Assembly (NCBI GenBank): GCA_951406725.2
Contig: OX597834.1
Location: 43,958,001 to 44,022,000 of the forward strand
Direction of reading: 5' to 3'
Length of the DNA: 64,000 nt
DNA from: Octopus vulgaris
Taxonomy: Eukaryota
Of the stretch, positions 39,319 through 53,409 are shown piece by piece. A program made the translations under genes and the position numbers. Each line of letters starts with the position of its first letter. The stretch's first letter is position 1. The notes under the pieces were generated by a model. That model had not been told where the DNA came from. It saw only the letters and a list, made by a program, of their open reading frames with translations, and did no database searches.

Positions 39319-40085
39319 TTCATTTTCATGAATTTCAAGTCCTCCTTAGTCTTTCATTTTCTGGAGAAAGAGATGAATTCCTTCCCAATGTTTCCCCACT
39401 ACAATTTTTATAACTATGAACCAGATTACCATCCTATTGGCCTTATCCACTGGTTTCTATAGCATTCCAGCTGAATATTTGGAAAAGTTCAAATGCAATA
39501 AAGATACATGTCCATAAGTGCATTTATGTAATCAAGTTTAATGGGAAAATAATATTTAAAAGTTGAAGCAGATAAGATTTGAAACGATTATCTTGGGTTT
39601 ACCAAAAGAATGTGGAGAGAGAGGGGGGGAGAGAGATTATATTGACTTAGTGAATGCACTTCGGTTGTGAAGAGATCAGCTAGAAACGATATACAGTTTG
39701 TTTTTCGCAGCAAAAAATATAAGCTCTTTATATTATTTCCCCGAGACAGAATATACCCTGTGTATGTGTGTGTGTAGAAGAGTCGAAATGGTGGTGATTT
39801 CTGGCAAATAACTGATGAGGGGAGAGCGTGTCCACAGTGTTTGTGTTATTTTTCCTGTCTTCCAAATGTGTCGTTGTCCACTAGTCCCACATCATGTGTG
39901 TAGGTGTGTGTGTGCGCGGGTGCACGCGCGTGAGAAAGAGAGTGAGAGAGGGGGGGGGAGAGAATATTTGTTAACAACAGACTTGTAAAAGTTGGCTGGC
40001 TCTGGACTGAGGTCAGAATAGTTTAAATTACGATCGTATAAGCGAAGATTACATGAAAGGAAGCACATAGAACGACATGAATTAT

Positions 40086-40087
<2 letters not shown>

Positions 40088-40131
<44 letters not shown>

Positions 40132-40158
40132 AGAAAGCGAGAGGAGAAAAGACAGAGA

Positions 40159-40242
<84 letters not shown>
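40088..40242. repeat. (GA)n microsatellite
   Basis: Direct inspection. Confidence 0.95.
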
Positions 40243-40247
<5 letters not shown>

Positions 40248-41945
40248 GGGGTGAGAGAAATCAGAAAATTTATCTACATCTGACAGAAAGACCATATGAA
40301 AACGGCCAATATATTTTATTTACACACACACATACTCTGGAAAATCAACCTTACTGTATATACACACATACATACATACATACATACGTACGTACATACT
40401 ACTATTACTACAGTTGTTGTTGTTGTTGTTGTCGGTATGGTCAATATTGATTTCATTTCACTCTTGGTTGTATTAAAAGTTTGTCTTCATTTCATTTAAT
40501 TAACTCCCCCCCTCCCACTTATCCGAACCGAAATGTTATCGGTGAAGGAGGAGGAGGAGGAGGAGAGACGAAGCGGGTGGGGGGGGACTATACATTTACA
40601 CATATACAAACGAATTAAAACAGCACTAACAATAATAAAACCTCCACAACTACAACAACAACGAACACACGCCTACACACACACACTGCAAAAGCTAAAC
40701 AAATAGCAATAAAAAAGAATACAACACACACACACACAGACAAACACACACACACACACACACACACACAAGTAAAAGCTAGACAGAGCTACAAAGTAAT
40801 AAAGGTTTAATTAAATATTTCCTTGTGACCCCATCCTCCAAGTAAATCCTATTTGAAAATAGAAAATACATTTGATGGCGAAAGATAGTGGTGGTGATGG
40901 AAAATGCGGAGAGGAGGAGGAGAAAAGGGGACAAGAAAAACGAAGGAGCTCGCCCCTCTCTATTCCTGAAGCCCCCCTTTCTCTCCAATCGTTCCTCTCC
41001 TCTCTGCTAAGCCCTTTTACACTCATTTCCTGTTAATTTTCTTGCCATCATGTCACTGTGAGCGAAGCGAAGTCTGTGCGTGTGGATGGGAGAGATAAGA
41101 CGAATGTGCGCAACTGTAGAAGCGAAAGGAGAGAAAGAATATACGCGCGAGTGTGTGTGTGAGAGAGAGTATCTGTGTTTGTGTGTGGTGTGTGTGTGTG
41201 TGGTTGAGTAAGGGAGCGGGTTTGTGTTTCTACAAGAATAATTGAGAAAGAGGTGAGATGCAGGCGACGGAGGTGAGATGTAGACAAGCGGAGAGCAAGA
41301 AAGGAAGGGAGAGTTGTTATGGTAGGCCGTGGGTGACAGAAAGGAAGGAAGAGAGAAACGAAGGAAATTTGTTTGATGAGTTTTTCGAAGCCTTTACTCA
41401 ATGATAAATAAAATAAACGAATAGATAAATAGAATTGTGTAAGGGTAGTTTAGTAGTCCCAGGCCGGTACTTATTGAGCATTGAATCAGTGCAGAGAAAG
41501 CATACCGTGATCAGCGATGTCCCACATTTATTCAACCCAAGTATTTATCATGTCCTTTATGTCTTCTATTATAATTACGACCAGAATTCTTAAAGATTTA
41601 TGCATTAAAGGGATAGTTAGTATAAATCGATCACAATATGTGACAAGTACTTTATTTAATCGAACTCAGAAGGATGGAGGAAAGTAAAAATCGAAGGGAT
41701 TTGAATACAACCCAAGATAGCCAAAATAGGTTTTTCTTTTTATTTCCCTGAATTTACACAAGTCCACCAGATGAAACTGGTTTGATCATCTGAGGGAGAT
41801 TTGGCTGCTATATCTAGCAGACCGAGTGACTAGATAACCGATCCTTTATTGACTTCTTTTCGTTATTTGGCAAAGGGTTTTAAGACATTCCAACAACGAC
41901 CACTGCTCCATATTTTGTTCAGTTACTATAAACAATTCTACTTAA

Positions 41946-42158
41946 GAACAGTGGTCCCGGTGCGTGCACTCGCGCATCCGCGCTAGCTAGTCATGACTAG
42001 TCGATACTTACTTTATGTTTTTGGGTTATTAACTTTGTTTAACAAAAATTATTTTGTGTTTTATTTACTTTGCTAGGTAGTCGTTGTAGGATAGACTAGT
42101 CACGACTAGCTAGCGCGGATGCGCGACTACGCGAGTGCGCGCACCGGGACCACTGTTC
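41946..42158. mobile_element. MITE with GC-rich 57/65-bp terminal inverted repeats and an AT-rich core
   Basis: 41946-42002 is the reverse complement of 42094-42158 apart from 2 CpG transitions and one 8-nt indel. Confidence 0.85.
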
Positions 42159-43936
42159 GCTAGTAGTACCTATCAATGGTTATTGTCCGAGTAGAAGTGA
42201 CCTGGCTGGGTCGTTTGTATTAATGAGTTTTTGAAGCTTATTTCCATCACATTTGTTCAGAGGGAGGGAGATAGAGAGGGGGAGGGATAGAGAGAGAGAA
42301 AGGGGGGGATAGAGAGAGACAGAGAAGGGAGGAGAAAGAAAGTGAATGTGAGGGCGAAAGAAAGAAAGTGAATGTAAACAAGAGAACGGGATCCAATGCT
42401 CCACAAGAGTTATCTGCCCATGGTGTGTGACGACGACGCACTCGTGTTTACTACACGTGTGTAAACCTGACAAGTCTTAGAACCAGGAGTGCGCGCGGCG
42501 CGGGAATGCGCACCCCCCCTCTCTCTCTCCTACACACACACATGTATGTGTGTGTGTATAAACATATATATATACGCGCGCGCACACACACATATTACCT
42601 TTATGATGAGGAGGAAAAGTGTATTCACAGGCGGCGGGGGAAAGGTGTTAAATCAAAAAGCTCTTACAGAAATTGAATGCACACACACACACTCATACTG
42701 GATAATGTGTGTATGTGTGTGTGTGTGTGTTCAGCGGCCAAGTAAAAGATCGATAAACAGCGACTGTGGTGGTCGTAGCAGCAAATAATAGCAGTGTAAC
42801 AAGATGTAGCAGTATAACATAGCATTTAGTGGTTATTGGTAATGGAAAGGATAATAAACAGCACACACACACACAGTAAAAAGCGAGAAAAAGTAAGAAG
42901 TCACAGAGTTAGTCCAGTCGAAGCTGATTTGATACATCGAAAGTAAAATGATAGATGTCTACATCAGGGGACCATAAGCTAATTTGTATCGCCTCTCTCA
43001 CTCTCTCTCTCCTTGGGTTGATAGAAACCTGCACGAAGATAAAGCAGTCTCTCTCACAAGATAAACACAATGACACAAAGATGGTTCACTCTATCCGCTT
43101 CTCCGTAAAATTAGTCTCATTTAATAATCATCGCTCGAAGCTGTTCTTGAGAATTAGAACTGAACTCGGTGTCTGACTGGCCTTAATTAAACCACACACA
43201 CACGCACACACACACAGAGAGGCTCGCAGCGTAGACAAATACATTCAAATCCCAATGTCCATTTATTCAGTGCAATATTTCAGATACGAACAATTAGATT
43301 AAGTAGCGATTCTCGCGCGCACGTGTGTTAGAAAGAGTGCGCGCAAGAGAATATGTGTGTGTGTAAAAATTAATTATATTACATATGCATGTGCGAGCGT
43401 ATATATATATATACATATACACACACACACAGATGTTCATATCATTTATGTGTACACACAACACACGAGCCTGCACTTAGGATTGTAAGCGGTTAGTTTC
43501 CATTTAATATCATTCATATCATTCGACATAAACACCACACAAAAAGGATTAGCTCGGTTGTCTGTACTTTCCAAATCTAGACATTTATGACGGGGTCTGT
43601 CGATGTTGTTTTATGCTTTACCTGCAAGCCATTCCTAATGAAAGAAGACCTGACAATCCAATAACGACCACCTCGTTGGTCTCGTACACTGAGAAATATA
43701 TCTCCTGGTCCCGTTCGGAGCATAGTAGGGGACGGTTTGAAGATTTGGTTGTTGAGAACTGATGGGAGTTTCCTTTCTTACTTTTGCTGTTTTACCCCAG
43801 ATTCAATGCTAACAAGCGTGCTAGTGAGCAAAGGCGATCAAACCGTGACCATCACGTCATTCACATATCACAGTGAAATCAGAACCACATTATTTAAAGT
43901 GTCCTTTTTCAAGACAGCAATATGATACAATAGAAA

Positions 43937-44145
43937 GGTGGCGAGCTGGCAGAAACGTTAGCACGCCGGGCGAAATGCTTAGCGGTATTTAGTCTGCCGT
44001 TACGTTCTGAGTTCAAATTCCGCCGAGGTCGACTTTGCCTTTCATCCTTTCGGGGTCGATAAATTAAGTACCAGTCGCACACTAGGGTCGATCTAATCGA
44101 CTGGCTCCCTCTTCCAAAACTTCGGGCCTTGTGCCTAGAGTAGAA
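43937..44145 (+). mobile_element. tRNA-derived SINE family B, well preserved
   Basis: ggcgagctggcagaaacgttagcacgccgggcg...gagttcaaattccgccgaggtcgactttgcctttcatcctttcggggtcgataaa. Other copies at ~30685-30950, 47760-47885, 50600-50800 (+) and 61655-61830 (-). Confidence 0.9.
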
Positions 44146-44209
44146 ATTAATATGTTTTAAAGGAAGCTTATCTGATATTTCTAGTACACTTATATATTCT
44201 TTTCAAAAT

Positions 44210-44340
44210 TCGGCGGCACAACTGAACGAAAAATATAACTAAGTATAGGGGAAAAAATTAAATTCAGGTTACACTGAGGCACACTTAGCATCGTCTCGTG
44301 AAACACCAGGGTGCCGCGGCACACCAGTCGCTGAGTACTG
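44210..44340. mobile_element. hAT-type MITE end fragment
   Basis: Ends gtgccgcggcacaccagtcgctgagtactg, resembling hAT subterminal and terminal motifs; no partner end found. Confidence 0.35.
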
Positions 44341-45769
44341 ATTTAAAGCCTTGGTGAGGAACCCAGCGTTTACAATGAAACCGGAAACCTCGAATAATCT
44401 TAAGAGAAAACAAAAGTTAAGCTCTTAAAACCGTATAAGTTACAAACTTCACTGCCAAAATCCTCTGAAAGCATTATGGTTGTTAAAGAACAGGTTTTGC
44501 CTCAAGGTACGTGGGTAGATAATTCTTTTAAGCAGTAGATCTTCTTGAAAAGTAGGCACGATCCCGGGAATTTTTTAAAAGGAAGGCACAAGGTCAGAAG
44601 AGAATACAATTCCAGGAGTAAAGGGCGTAATAGCATTTATTTAGAAGGTCAGATGTTGGGGCGTGCACCGATGCACCGCGTTGCCTGCATTCGCCGTTTG
44701 TCGATATATTTTCAGGTCCTCTCGGCGACCCGTCGAGTCGTGTCCTAGTCAGTCCCCATCCCAGCGAGATACTTCCTCATCTGCAGTGACCATGTGGTAT
44801 GTGGTCGACCAACACGAGCCCCAACCCAACTGGGTCCTCAATGGAGAGAACAAGATAAGAAGGGTCTAATTCGGAAAATCAAGCAACACTGTCCAACAGT
44901 CCGAGCTGGCGATCCTGAACCATACCAGTTTCGAAGTAGACTCGTTGGCTGGACAGGAACCCATCGCCAGGTTTTGATGCCCGGGGTGCTTTAGAATGTT
45001 CTGAATGGGTACTAACATGTAATAATACGAAAGGGGGGTTTCGAAATAAGTGCATCACCGTAAATCTGAGCGTGCACCATTGAATAGAGAAGTGGGGGTA
45101 GTGCCGCCCAGTGCACTGCCAGAGCGACGGGCATGGTTGGCTACGAAATCCAACCAATGATAACCCACATTCCTATAAAACGCCTTGGAACCAAAAGGAC
45201 CCCAAACAATATCTAAGCCTCACAAATATAAGAGCGTTAAATAAAAATTGTTTCGTATTTCAGAGAAACCGAAACGGAATTAACTTCACAAAGTAACCCA
45301 ATAACGAAATGATGCAATTTAACTCGTTAAGGTAGGGTTTATTTCATGGCTCTGAGCCTTGCTCATAGGAAAATAGAAATAAAAGGGTACAGGAATGGAT
45401 AAATGTTTGTGTGCGAGTTTATTTGAATATAACAACTATTTTTACAGGGACTTCGAAGTCACTGGCAACGTATTCATCTTTAAAAACAAAAACACACCAA
45501 TATGCGTATCTATGCATATTTTTTAAGTGCTGAACTGCTAAATAACCACAGACCTGTCTTCACTGCATAAATTTAAAGGACAACCTTTACAAATGCAGCA
45601 AGCAGTTCTTAACGCAGTTTCTTTGCTGGTTTTTCGATTCAAGGTGAGAAAACTGACATCGGAAAGAATTACTGGTTCGAAACTTCAACACATTATTGTC
45701 AGAGCCAAGAAGAACGTAGGCGTTAAAAGCGTTGTTACTGTTATTTATTTTCCGTAAAAGCAGCAGACA

Positions 45770-45813
45770 ACTTCGAACATGTTTCGGCAATGTTATGACC
45801 TCATCAGCTGAGC
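45770..45813 (-). ncRNA. Minimal hammerhead-ribozyme-like motif with intact core (probable Penelope pseudo-LTR remnant)
   Basis: gcucag-CUGAUGA-GGuCA(uaacau)UGCC-GAAA-CAUG-UU-cgaagu. All core nucleotides are present and helix III is palindromic (AACAUGUU), but only 4 of 6 helix I positions pair. Confidence 0.45.
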
Positions 45814-47234
45814 ATAACTTACGTTGCACTTCCCGAAAATGGTAATGAAATATAATTTGCAGAGTGGTTGGTAAAAAGAAAATTATTCTGATGGCATCTC
45901 TGCATCAAATTTTGTTACAATGCAGAAATACACTCAGTCCCACCTTAAAGAATTTAAACTCCCTTACAGACACTGGATAAACTATTTGTAACAACCTGGT
46001 GCCGAAGACTGGGTGTTTGAATTTAGTAATGTCACAACAGCTGCTAAAAGCCTTTTGCAGAATAAGAGAGAGGAGAAGAAAAAAAAAAAAAGAATTGTCC
46101 GAACACTAAGGCACTGAAAAAGTATTATGAGGTGTTAAGAACTTCTCCACGGAAAAAAAAGAAAGAAAATAGAAAAAAAAAGAATCGACCGCAATTTCTC
46201 TGAAACGCAAGCAATCCGTGAAATTCGTGGAGAAGGAAGAATACGACAAGGGAAAAACTCCGTCGGGATTTGAAAATACGACAAGGAACGGGTGTGAAAC
46301 TAAACAGAAGGGAAACAGATGCATCGTAATATCGTTTACTTTATAATGCTTATCTTGACGAGACCTCCCTATTATTTCCAACTATTAAAAGAGAGAAAAA
46401 ATGGTGTCATATTAATTAAAAGGTAAAGCGGACTCCGCCTAGATTATGTAGGGGGAAAAGGGGTCATTCATTGTGTTGCTTTGTGTCGTATCGCCTTGCT
46501 GTCCTTGGGCAGATTAGACTGAAATCAACTTGCTTAAGGTCTGATGCTTGCCAAAATCAACGAAACCATTATTAGTTGAATAACATATATACACACAAAC
46601 GTTGGCAGATTGTAGGTTTGTTCCATCTGCTAAACTGCTTTAAATAACTAAAATAAAGCCTTAAACTAGAAAAAGAAAAAAACGACAGAGGGAGAAAGTG
46701 AGTAGAAACAGAGATTAGAGAAGAAAAAGGTGTGGAGGAGGGGGTTAAAGGCCTTTCGTAGAAACAGGAAATTCTCTTTCCTTAGAAAATTAGAAGACAT
46801 GACAGGAATAAGTAAAACAAAGAAACAAAAGAAAACAAACAAAATACGGAGATAAAAATGGAGGAGAATAGCAATAGAAAATAAAACAGGAGAAAAGAGC
46901 TGGGTACAAGATGGCGGCGATCAATATCAGAGAGTTAGTTGTAATTAGATGAGGGTGATAGTTATAGGTAAGGGTAGTGAAGAAGTGGGAGGCTGAGGTT
47001 GTTGAACTATAAAAGGAAGGGGATACGAAGGAGGAGAAGGAAGCTGCGAAGCTGAAATACGAAAGAGGGAGCTGTTACGGTTAAGCTCCGACAGAGTCAG
47101 TACGGAACAATCCAAGTTATATGATCAAATGCATTCCGGCCATGACCCTCTCGTCTTAACGTAACGCGGACTGCATTATACAAAATACTGCTTCTTTTTA
47201 AAAGGTAGGGTAGTTTTTATATATATATATATAT

Positions 47235-47295
<61 letters not shown>

Positions 47296-47296
47296 A

Positions 47297-47423
47297 GAGT
47301 GGGTGTGTGGTAATAAGCTTGCTTCCCAACCACATGGTTTCAGGTTCAGTCCCACTGCGAGGCACCATGAGCAAGTGTCTTCTACTATAGTCTCGGATCG
47401 ACCAAACTGAAAGAAGGCCCGTC

Positions 47424-47474
<51 letters not shown>

Positions 47475-47600
47475 ACAGGTATGAATCTGAATGTCTGTAT
47501 TTGTGCCCCCCCCCCTCCGACCAGAGCGGTTCGGCAAAAAAGACCGATAAAATAAGCACTAGGCTTACAATGAATAAGTGCTGGGGTCGATTTGACTGAA
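47297..47600 (+). mobile_element. SINE family A, internally deleted
   Basis: Head agagtgggtgtgtggtaataagcttgcttcccaaccacatgg; internal (TA)n. Confidence 0.8.
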
Positions 47601-48599
47601 AGAAGTGAAAGAAATTTAAAAAGAATATAATTTAGTAGGGATTAGGCTGTTAGTTCTAGTTGGTCGAGCAACGACATAAAAGGGTGGTCATAAGGCGAGA
47701 GTAGCGAAAGAAGGAAAATGTAAGGCAGAAGGAACGCGTGCCTTTGTCTTCGAAATCCGCCGAGGTCAACTTAGCTTTTCGTCCCTTCGGGGCCGATGAA
47801 ATAGGTACCAGTTTCGTACTGGAGTCGATGCAACCGGCTTACTACCCCCACCTAGCGAAATTTTAGTCCTTGTGCTTATTATAGGAGAAAGGATAATTTT
47901 CGAGGTGCTAGGTTTGGAGGTCGATTTGGCTGCTATCAAAGGGTACCCAGCCGGACATGTCATACTTCCATACTTTCTCAGACAGTGCATCTGGAACCTC
48001 AATGTCTAATGTTTTCTTCCTGGTTTTAAAGGACAGCTTGGCTGCTATTTCTGCTGGCCGAACGACCACATCGTTACTCTCTCATTGACCAGCGTTGAGA
48101 ATTAATAGTTGTGAGTCATGAAAGGGATATAGGACAGCCCCCCCCCCCCCGCCCAGAAACCTGTTCTGATCGAGTAGAGATCGTTGATCAAAATCGTCGG
48201 TCGAGATCACCCTGTCCCCTCGTTTTCATTTTTCTTTCTTTCTTTCTCAGATGTATTGTGAATAGAACTGTAACATTCAATACCAGTTCATCTTTATTTG
48301 AAATACGGTGGGATAATAAAAGTAATTTCAGAGAGAAAATTAAACTGCTATTTCTAGCATACTCGGAGATCACGTAGAAGAAAGTCAGGCGGTGGTAGTT
48401 ATGAGATGAAGGTAACTTGAAGAAGTAGGGAGGCCACGAAGTTGATGAACGGAAGAGAAAGAAATACGGTTGGTGTCTGTGATTGCACACACAATTCACA
48501 TCACGTCTCCCTCACCAAGTCGAAGCAGACAGAAAACTGTGCTTTTTATTAGTATTAGTATTTCTTATACAACAGTAATACAATAGAAATTACGTATAA

Positions 48600-48646
<47 letters not shown>

Positions 48647-48649
48647 CAT

Positions 48650-48684
<35 letters not shown>

Positions 48685-48733
48685 CACACACACACATATA
48701 TATATATACACACACACACACATATATATATAT

Positions 48734-48764
<31 letters not shown>

Positions 48765-48811
48765 CACACACACACATATATATATATACACACACACACA
48801 TATATATATAT

Positions 48812-48874
<63 letters not shown>

Positions 48875-48928
48875 CACACACATATATACATATACACACC
48901 ACACACACACATATATATACATATATGT

Positions 48929-48973
<45 letters not shown>
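48600..48973. repeat. Compound microsatellite with higher-order (TA)n(CA)n periodicity
   Basis: Alternating blocks of about 5-6 TA and 6-12 CA repeats, followed by (TG)n. Confidence 0.9.
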
Positions 48974-48976
<3 letters not shown>

Positions 48977-49379
48977 GGGCACACACATACAAATAGAATG
49001 GAGAAAGAACCATAGATACAAAGAAAAAAAATCGGAAAAAACGAAGGGGGAACCAAAAAAAATGAAAAAAATAAATGAAAGAGTGAAAAAAAAAAGAAAG
49101 AAAGAAAGGTGTGAGAAAGAAGAGGGGGGATGTAGATAATGAGAGGGAGAGAATTGAAGGGAGCAGACGATAAATGGGTGGGAGGGAGGAGGAGGAGAAG
49201 AAAGGAGATAGTGAGGGGGCAGAGAGAAAGAGAGAGAGAGAGGCGGATAGTGGCGGCGGCGGCGGTGGTGGTGGTGAATAGAATTAATTGTATCTTTGTA
49301 AAAGGTTAGAGTGTCATTTACAGGACATTAGTTTATTTTGTAGGATTTGTGTAATTGAAAATGAAACAGAACAAGAGGA

Positions 49380-49830
49380 GAGAGGGAGAGGGAGGGAGAG
49401 AGAGCGAAGAGAGGGTGAGGGAGATGACAGGGAGCGAAGATAGAGAGAGGGGGTGGTGAGATGGCAGAAAGGGCGGAAGACAGAGGGAGTGAGATGGTAA
49501 AGAGCGAAAATAGAAAGAGGGAGAGAGCGAAGATAGAGAGAGGGAGAAGGCAGAGAGCGAAAATAGAGGTGGGGTGAGATGGCAGAAAGGGAAGACAGAG
49601 AGGGGGAGAAGGCAGAGAGCGAAGACAGAGAGAGAGAGAGAGCGAAAATAGAGAGAGATAGCACAGAGCGAAGATAGATAGGAGGAGAAGGCAGAGAGCG
49701 AAGAAAGAGTGTGAGGAAGAGACACGGAAGGAGATACATGGGGAGAGCGAAGGAGAGAAAGGTATAAAGGAGAGAGAGAGAGAGAGAGCGTAGGTTGAAA
49801 GAGCGAAGAGGGAAGTAGGAGGCTACGAAA
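49380..49830. repeat. Degenerate purine-rich minisatellite (GAGAGCGAAGATAGAG core)
   Basis: Recurrent gagcgaa motif every ~30-60 bp. Confidence 0.7.
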
Positions 49831-50508
49831 AGACAGAAAGATGGACGGAAAGAAAAAATTAGAGAAAGACAAGGTAACCGCGTAAGGTAGAGGGAAGGTG
49901 AAGAGCAGTGAGAGAGAGAGAGAGAGGGAGAGAGAGAGGGAAAGAAAGAGGGACGGGGAAAAAGAGAGTAAGAGACAAAGAGGCAAGGGAGAGAGAGAGA
50001 GAGAGAGGTGGGGGAAAGGGAGTGTATATCGAAATAGATGATAAAGAGAGAGAAGCGAGGGGGGGGGGTACAAAGAATGAAAGAATGAATGAATGAGAGT
50101 TGGAATAAATAAAAACAGAATCGGTGTAAGTGAATCATATAAAAAGCTTGTTTGTTCGTTTAGGTGAGCGTGTGTAAGGTTTCGTACACACGTGTGTGTG
50201 TGTGTATGTGTGCGTGTGTGTGTGTGCGTGTGTGGTTTAATTATAAAAAAAAAAGGTGAGAGAGGAGCAAAAATATAGGTTAAAAAACAGCAGCAGCAAA
50301 TATATTTATATCGAGAACGAGAAACCAAACTAAAAAAAGAAAATAAAATAAAGGGGGGAAGGAGTTGTGATTACATATCTGTGTGTGTGTGTGTGTGTGT
50401 GTCACAGCAACCTTTAATGTATTTTACGCACCAATCTGTATTATCTGCCCTTACCTCTACTATCAAAGCCAATCTAGTCACTCTCATACCTACGGTTTCA
50501 TATATGCG

Positions 50509-50562
<54 letters not shown>

Positions 50563-50800
50563 GTGTATGTATATATATATGTGTGTGTGTGTGTGTGTAC
50601 GCCGGACGAAAGGTGTAGCCGTATTTCGTCAGCGGTTACGTTCCGAGTTCAAATTCCGCCGAGGTCGACTTTGCCTTTCATCCTTTCGGGGTCGATAAAT
50701 TAAGTACCAGTTACGCACTGGGGTCGATGTAATCGACTTAATCCCTTTGTCTGTCCTTGTTTGTCCCCTCTATGTTTAACTCCTTGTGGGTAGTAAAGAA

Positions 50801-50910
<110 letters not shown>

Positions 50911-51171
50911 CGTGTATATATATATATACATACACACACACACAAATATACATAATTACACAAACACACAGAATTCAGAATGGACAGCAGCTCAAGTTAT
51001 CAACAAACTGTTTAATTAATTATAACAACAGGCCTGCTGCTCGGTGGGCGGGTGGGCAAGGGGTGGATTTGGTTTCTCTCTGCTACCGTTGTTGTTGCTG
51101 TTGGTTGGCGGTTATTGTTGTGGTTGTTGCTGATAGTGTTATCATTATTAATGCCACAGTAGAAGATTGGC

Positions 51172-51210
<39 letters not shown>

Positions 51211-51412
51211 GGACGGTTTGCACACACATATCACAAAAGTTAGATGGATTAAATGTTTGAGAAGATAATTAGATTGAAGAAATATAATTTGAACATCGGT
51301 GGAGGGGGGAGTGGGGCGGGCCTATCATGATTTGTTCAATTACACACACACACACACAGGACAGAGAAAGTGAGCAGCGAAAAGGTGGCCACACACGAAA
51401 GAAGGCAGTAAT

Positions 51413-51450
<38 letters not shown>

Positions 51451-52324
51451 CATATACATATATATATATATATAAATATATACATACATATATATATGTA
51501 ATATATATACATATATATATATATATACATATATGTACATACAAATATAGACGTACGTATGTATGTGTATACATATGTACACATATGTATTTGTATGTAT
51601 GTATATACACACACGCATACTTAAATGTAAACATACATGTACACTCACACTTATATTTAACATGCCTACATACACATTTACATAAACGTCTATTTTACAT
51701 ACACATACATACAAACAAACATATACACACACACACACACATACATTACTCTCGTTACGAGGTTACAAGATTTGGCACGCAGGGAAAGGGTAAAAGTATG
51801 ACACTAATTTCGGGATACGACCGCTAATTTCGCCCTTACGTGAACTCGAATAAATGCGAAGCATTTAAGAACCACACTGACTTAGCTTGGAGCTGATTCT
51901 CAGCATTTTAGCTCAGATCAAAGTGGTTAATATGAAGAACTATAGTCATCATACACACATACATGTGTGTGAGAGAGAGTTGAGTATTATGGCTCAAGTT
52001 ACAGGAACAAGGAACGAAGTGTTTAGGCATGGGTGTGTGGTTCGTAACCACATGGTTCGGGGCTCTATGGGCTGAGTATCTTCTGCTACCAAAGCCGATC
52101 AAAACCTTGTGACTGGATTTCGTAGACGGAAACTGAAAGAAGCCCCTCGTATGTGTGGCCGTCAACACATTTTTCTGCAAAATAGGGGTCGCTTATCCTG
52201 TTCAGGCTATATCATTAGCATTATCCTACGTTTGAGAATTTTAAATCACTTCTTTAACTTTCTAAGACATTCTCAACGCTTCTAAAGCAAACTTCGTTTG
52301 TTTGTTTAAGTTCATCGGAATTTG

Positions 52325-52860
52325 AATTTGACTGCGGTCATGCTGGAGTATCGCCTTTAGTCGAACGAATCGACCCCAGGACTTGTTCTTTGTAAGGCTT
52401 GTACTTATTCTACTGGTCTGTTTTGCTGAACCGCTAAGTTATGAGTACGTAAACACACCAGCATCGGTTGTCAAGCGATGGTAGAGGGACGAATACAAAC
52501 ATATACATATACAGATATATACGACAGGCTTCTCTCAGTTTCCGGCTAGCAAATCCACTCACAAGGCTCTATACATATATACGACGGGCTTCTTTCAGTT
52601 TCCGTCTACCAAATCCACTCATAAGACTTTGGTTGGCCCGTGGCTATTAGCAGAAAACACTTGTCCAAGTTGCCACGCAGTGGGACTGAACCCGGAATCA
52701 TCTGGTCGGTAAGCAAGCTTCTTGTGTGTGTGTGTGTCCCACCATCGCTTGATAACCGATGTTGGTATATTTGCGTTCTCGTAACTTAGCAGTTCGGTAA
52801 AAGATTCTTCGAGGTGGTGCCCCAGCATGGCTGTACTCTAATGACTGAAACAAGTAAAAA
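52325..52860. mobile_element. Two family A SINE pieces in opposite orientation (52325-52720 minus; 52725-52860 plus)
   Basis: Match to family A; short internal duplication at ~52510-52620. Confidence 0.75.
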
Positions 52861-53409
52861 ATAAAAGACCCCTTATTCCTAAAGTACTTCCTGCCACCTT
52901 ACTCTTTTGTGTTTCATCTCATTTCCATAAGGGGGGATAAGGCAATTTTGGGGTCACACAAAAAAACGTTCTTTCCTGGTCAGTTATATTTGCTTACTCG
53001 ATATTTGTAGCTGATTATTTTTGTTGATCACCAGCGCTGTTGGATTAACCCACAATCCGGGATGTCTGGAAAGAAGCCACCGAATGGAACAGAAAGAGGT
53101 AGTGCGAAGAAGGGGACTATAAAAAGGCTTCATGCGGGAGAGAAAAGGAGTCAGCCACATTGGAAAGTCACAGAAAGCTTGTGAAGGTCTACAGTGAGAG
53201 AACAGTACGTAACTGTAGAATGAGGGGTCTCAATAAGTTGTTTCGTTAATTCCGCCGACCCTTTTTGTTTTTCGGTGATCTAATGAGATGCATTAAATGG
53301 GACAGCTCTTCGGTGTAAAGATCAAGGATCCGACTTGACATAATGTGTTGATAAGCAGGATGATAATTAGGGAGAGAGAAAGAGAGGGAGAGAGAGAGAG
53401 AAAAGAAGC

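Noticed and set aside
46907-46918. Perfect YY1-type motif CAAGATGGCGGC as a promoter
   Set aside because: A single motif with no supporting exon or TSS evidence.
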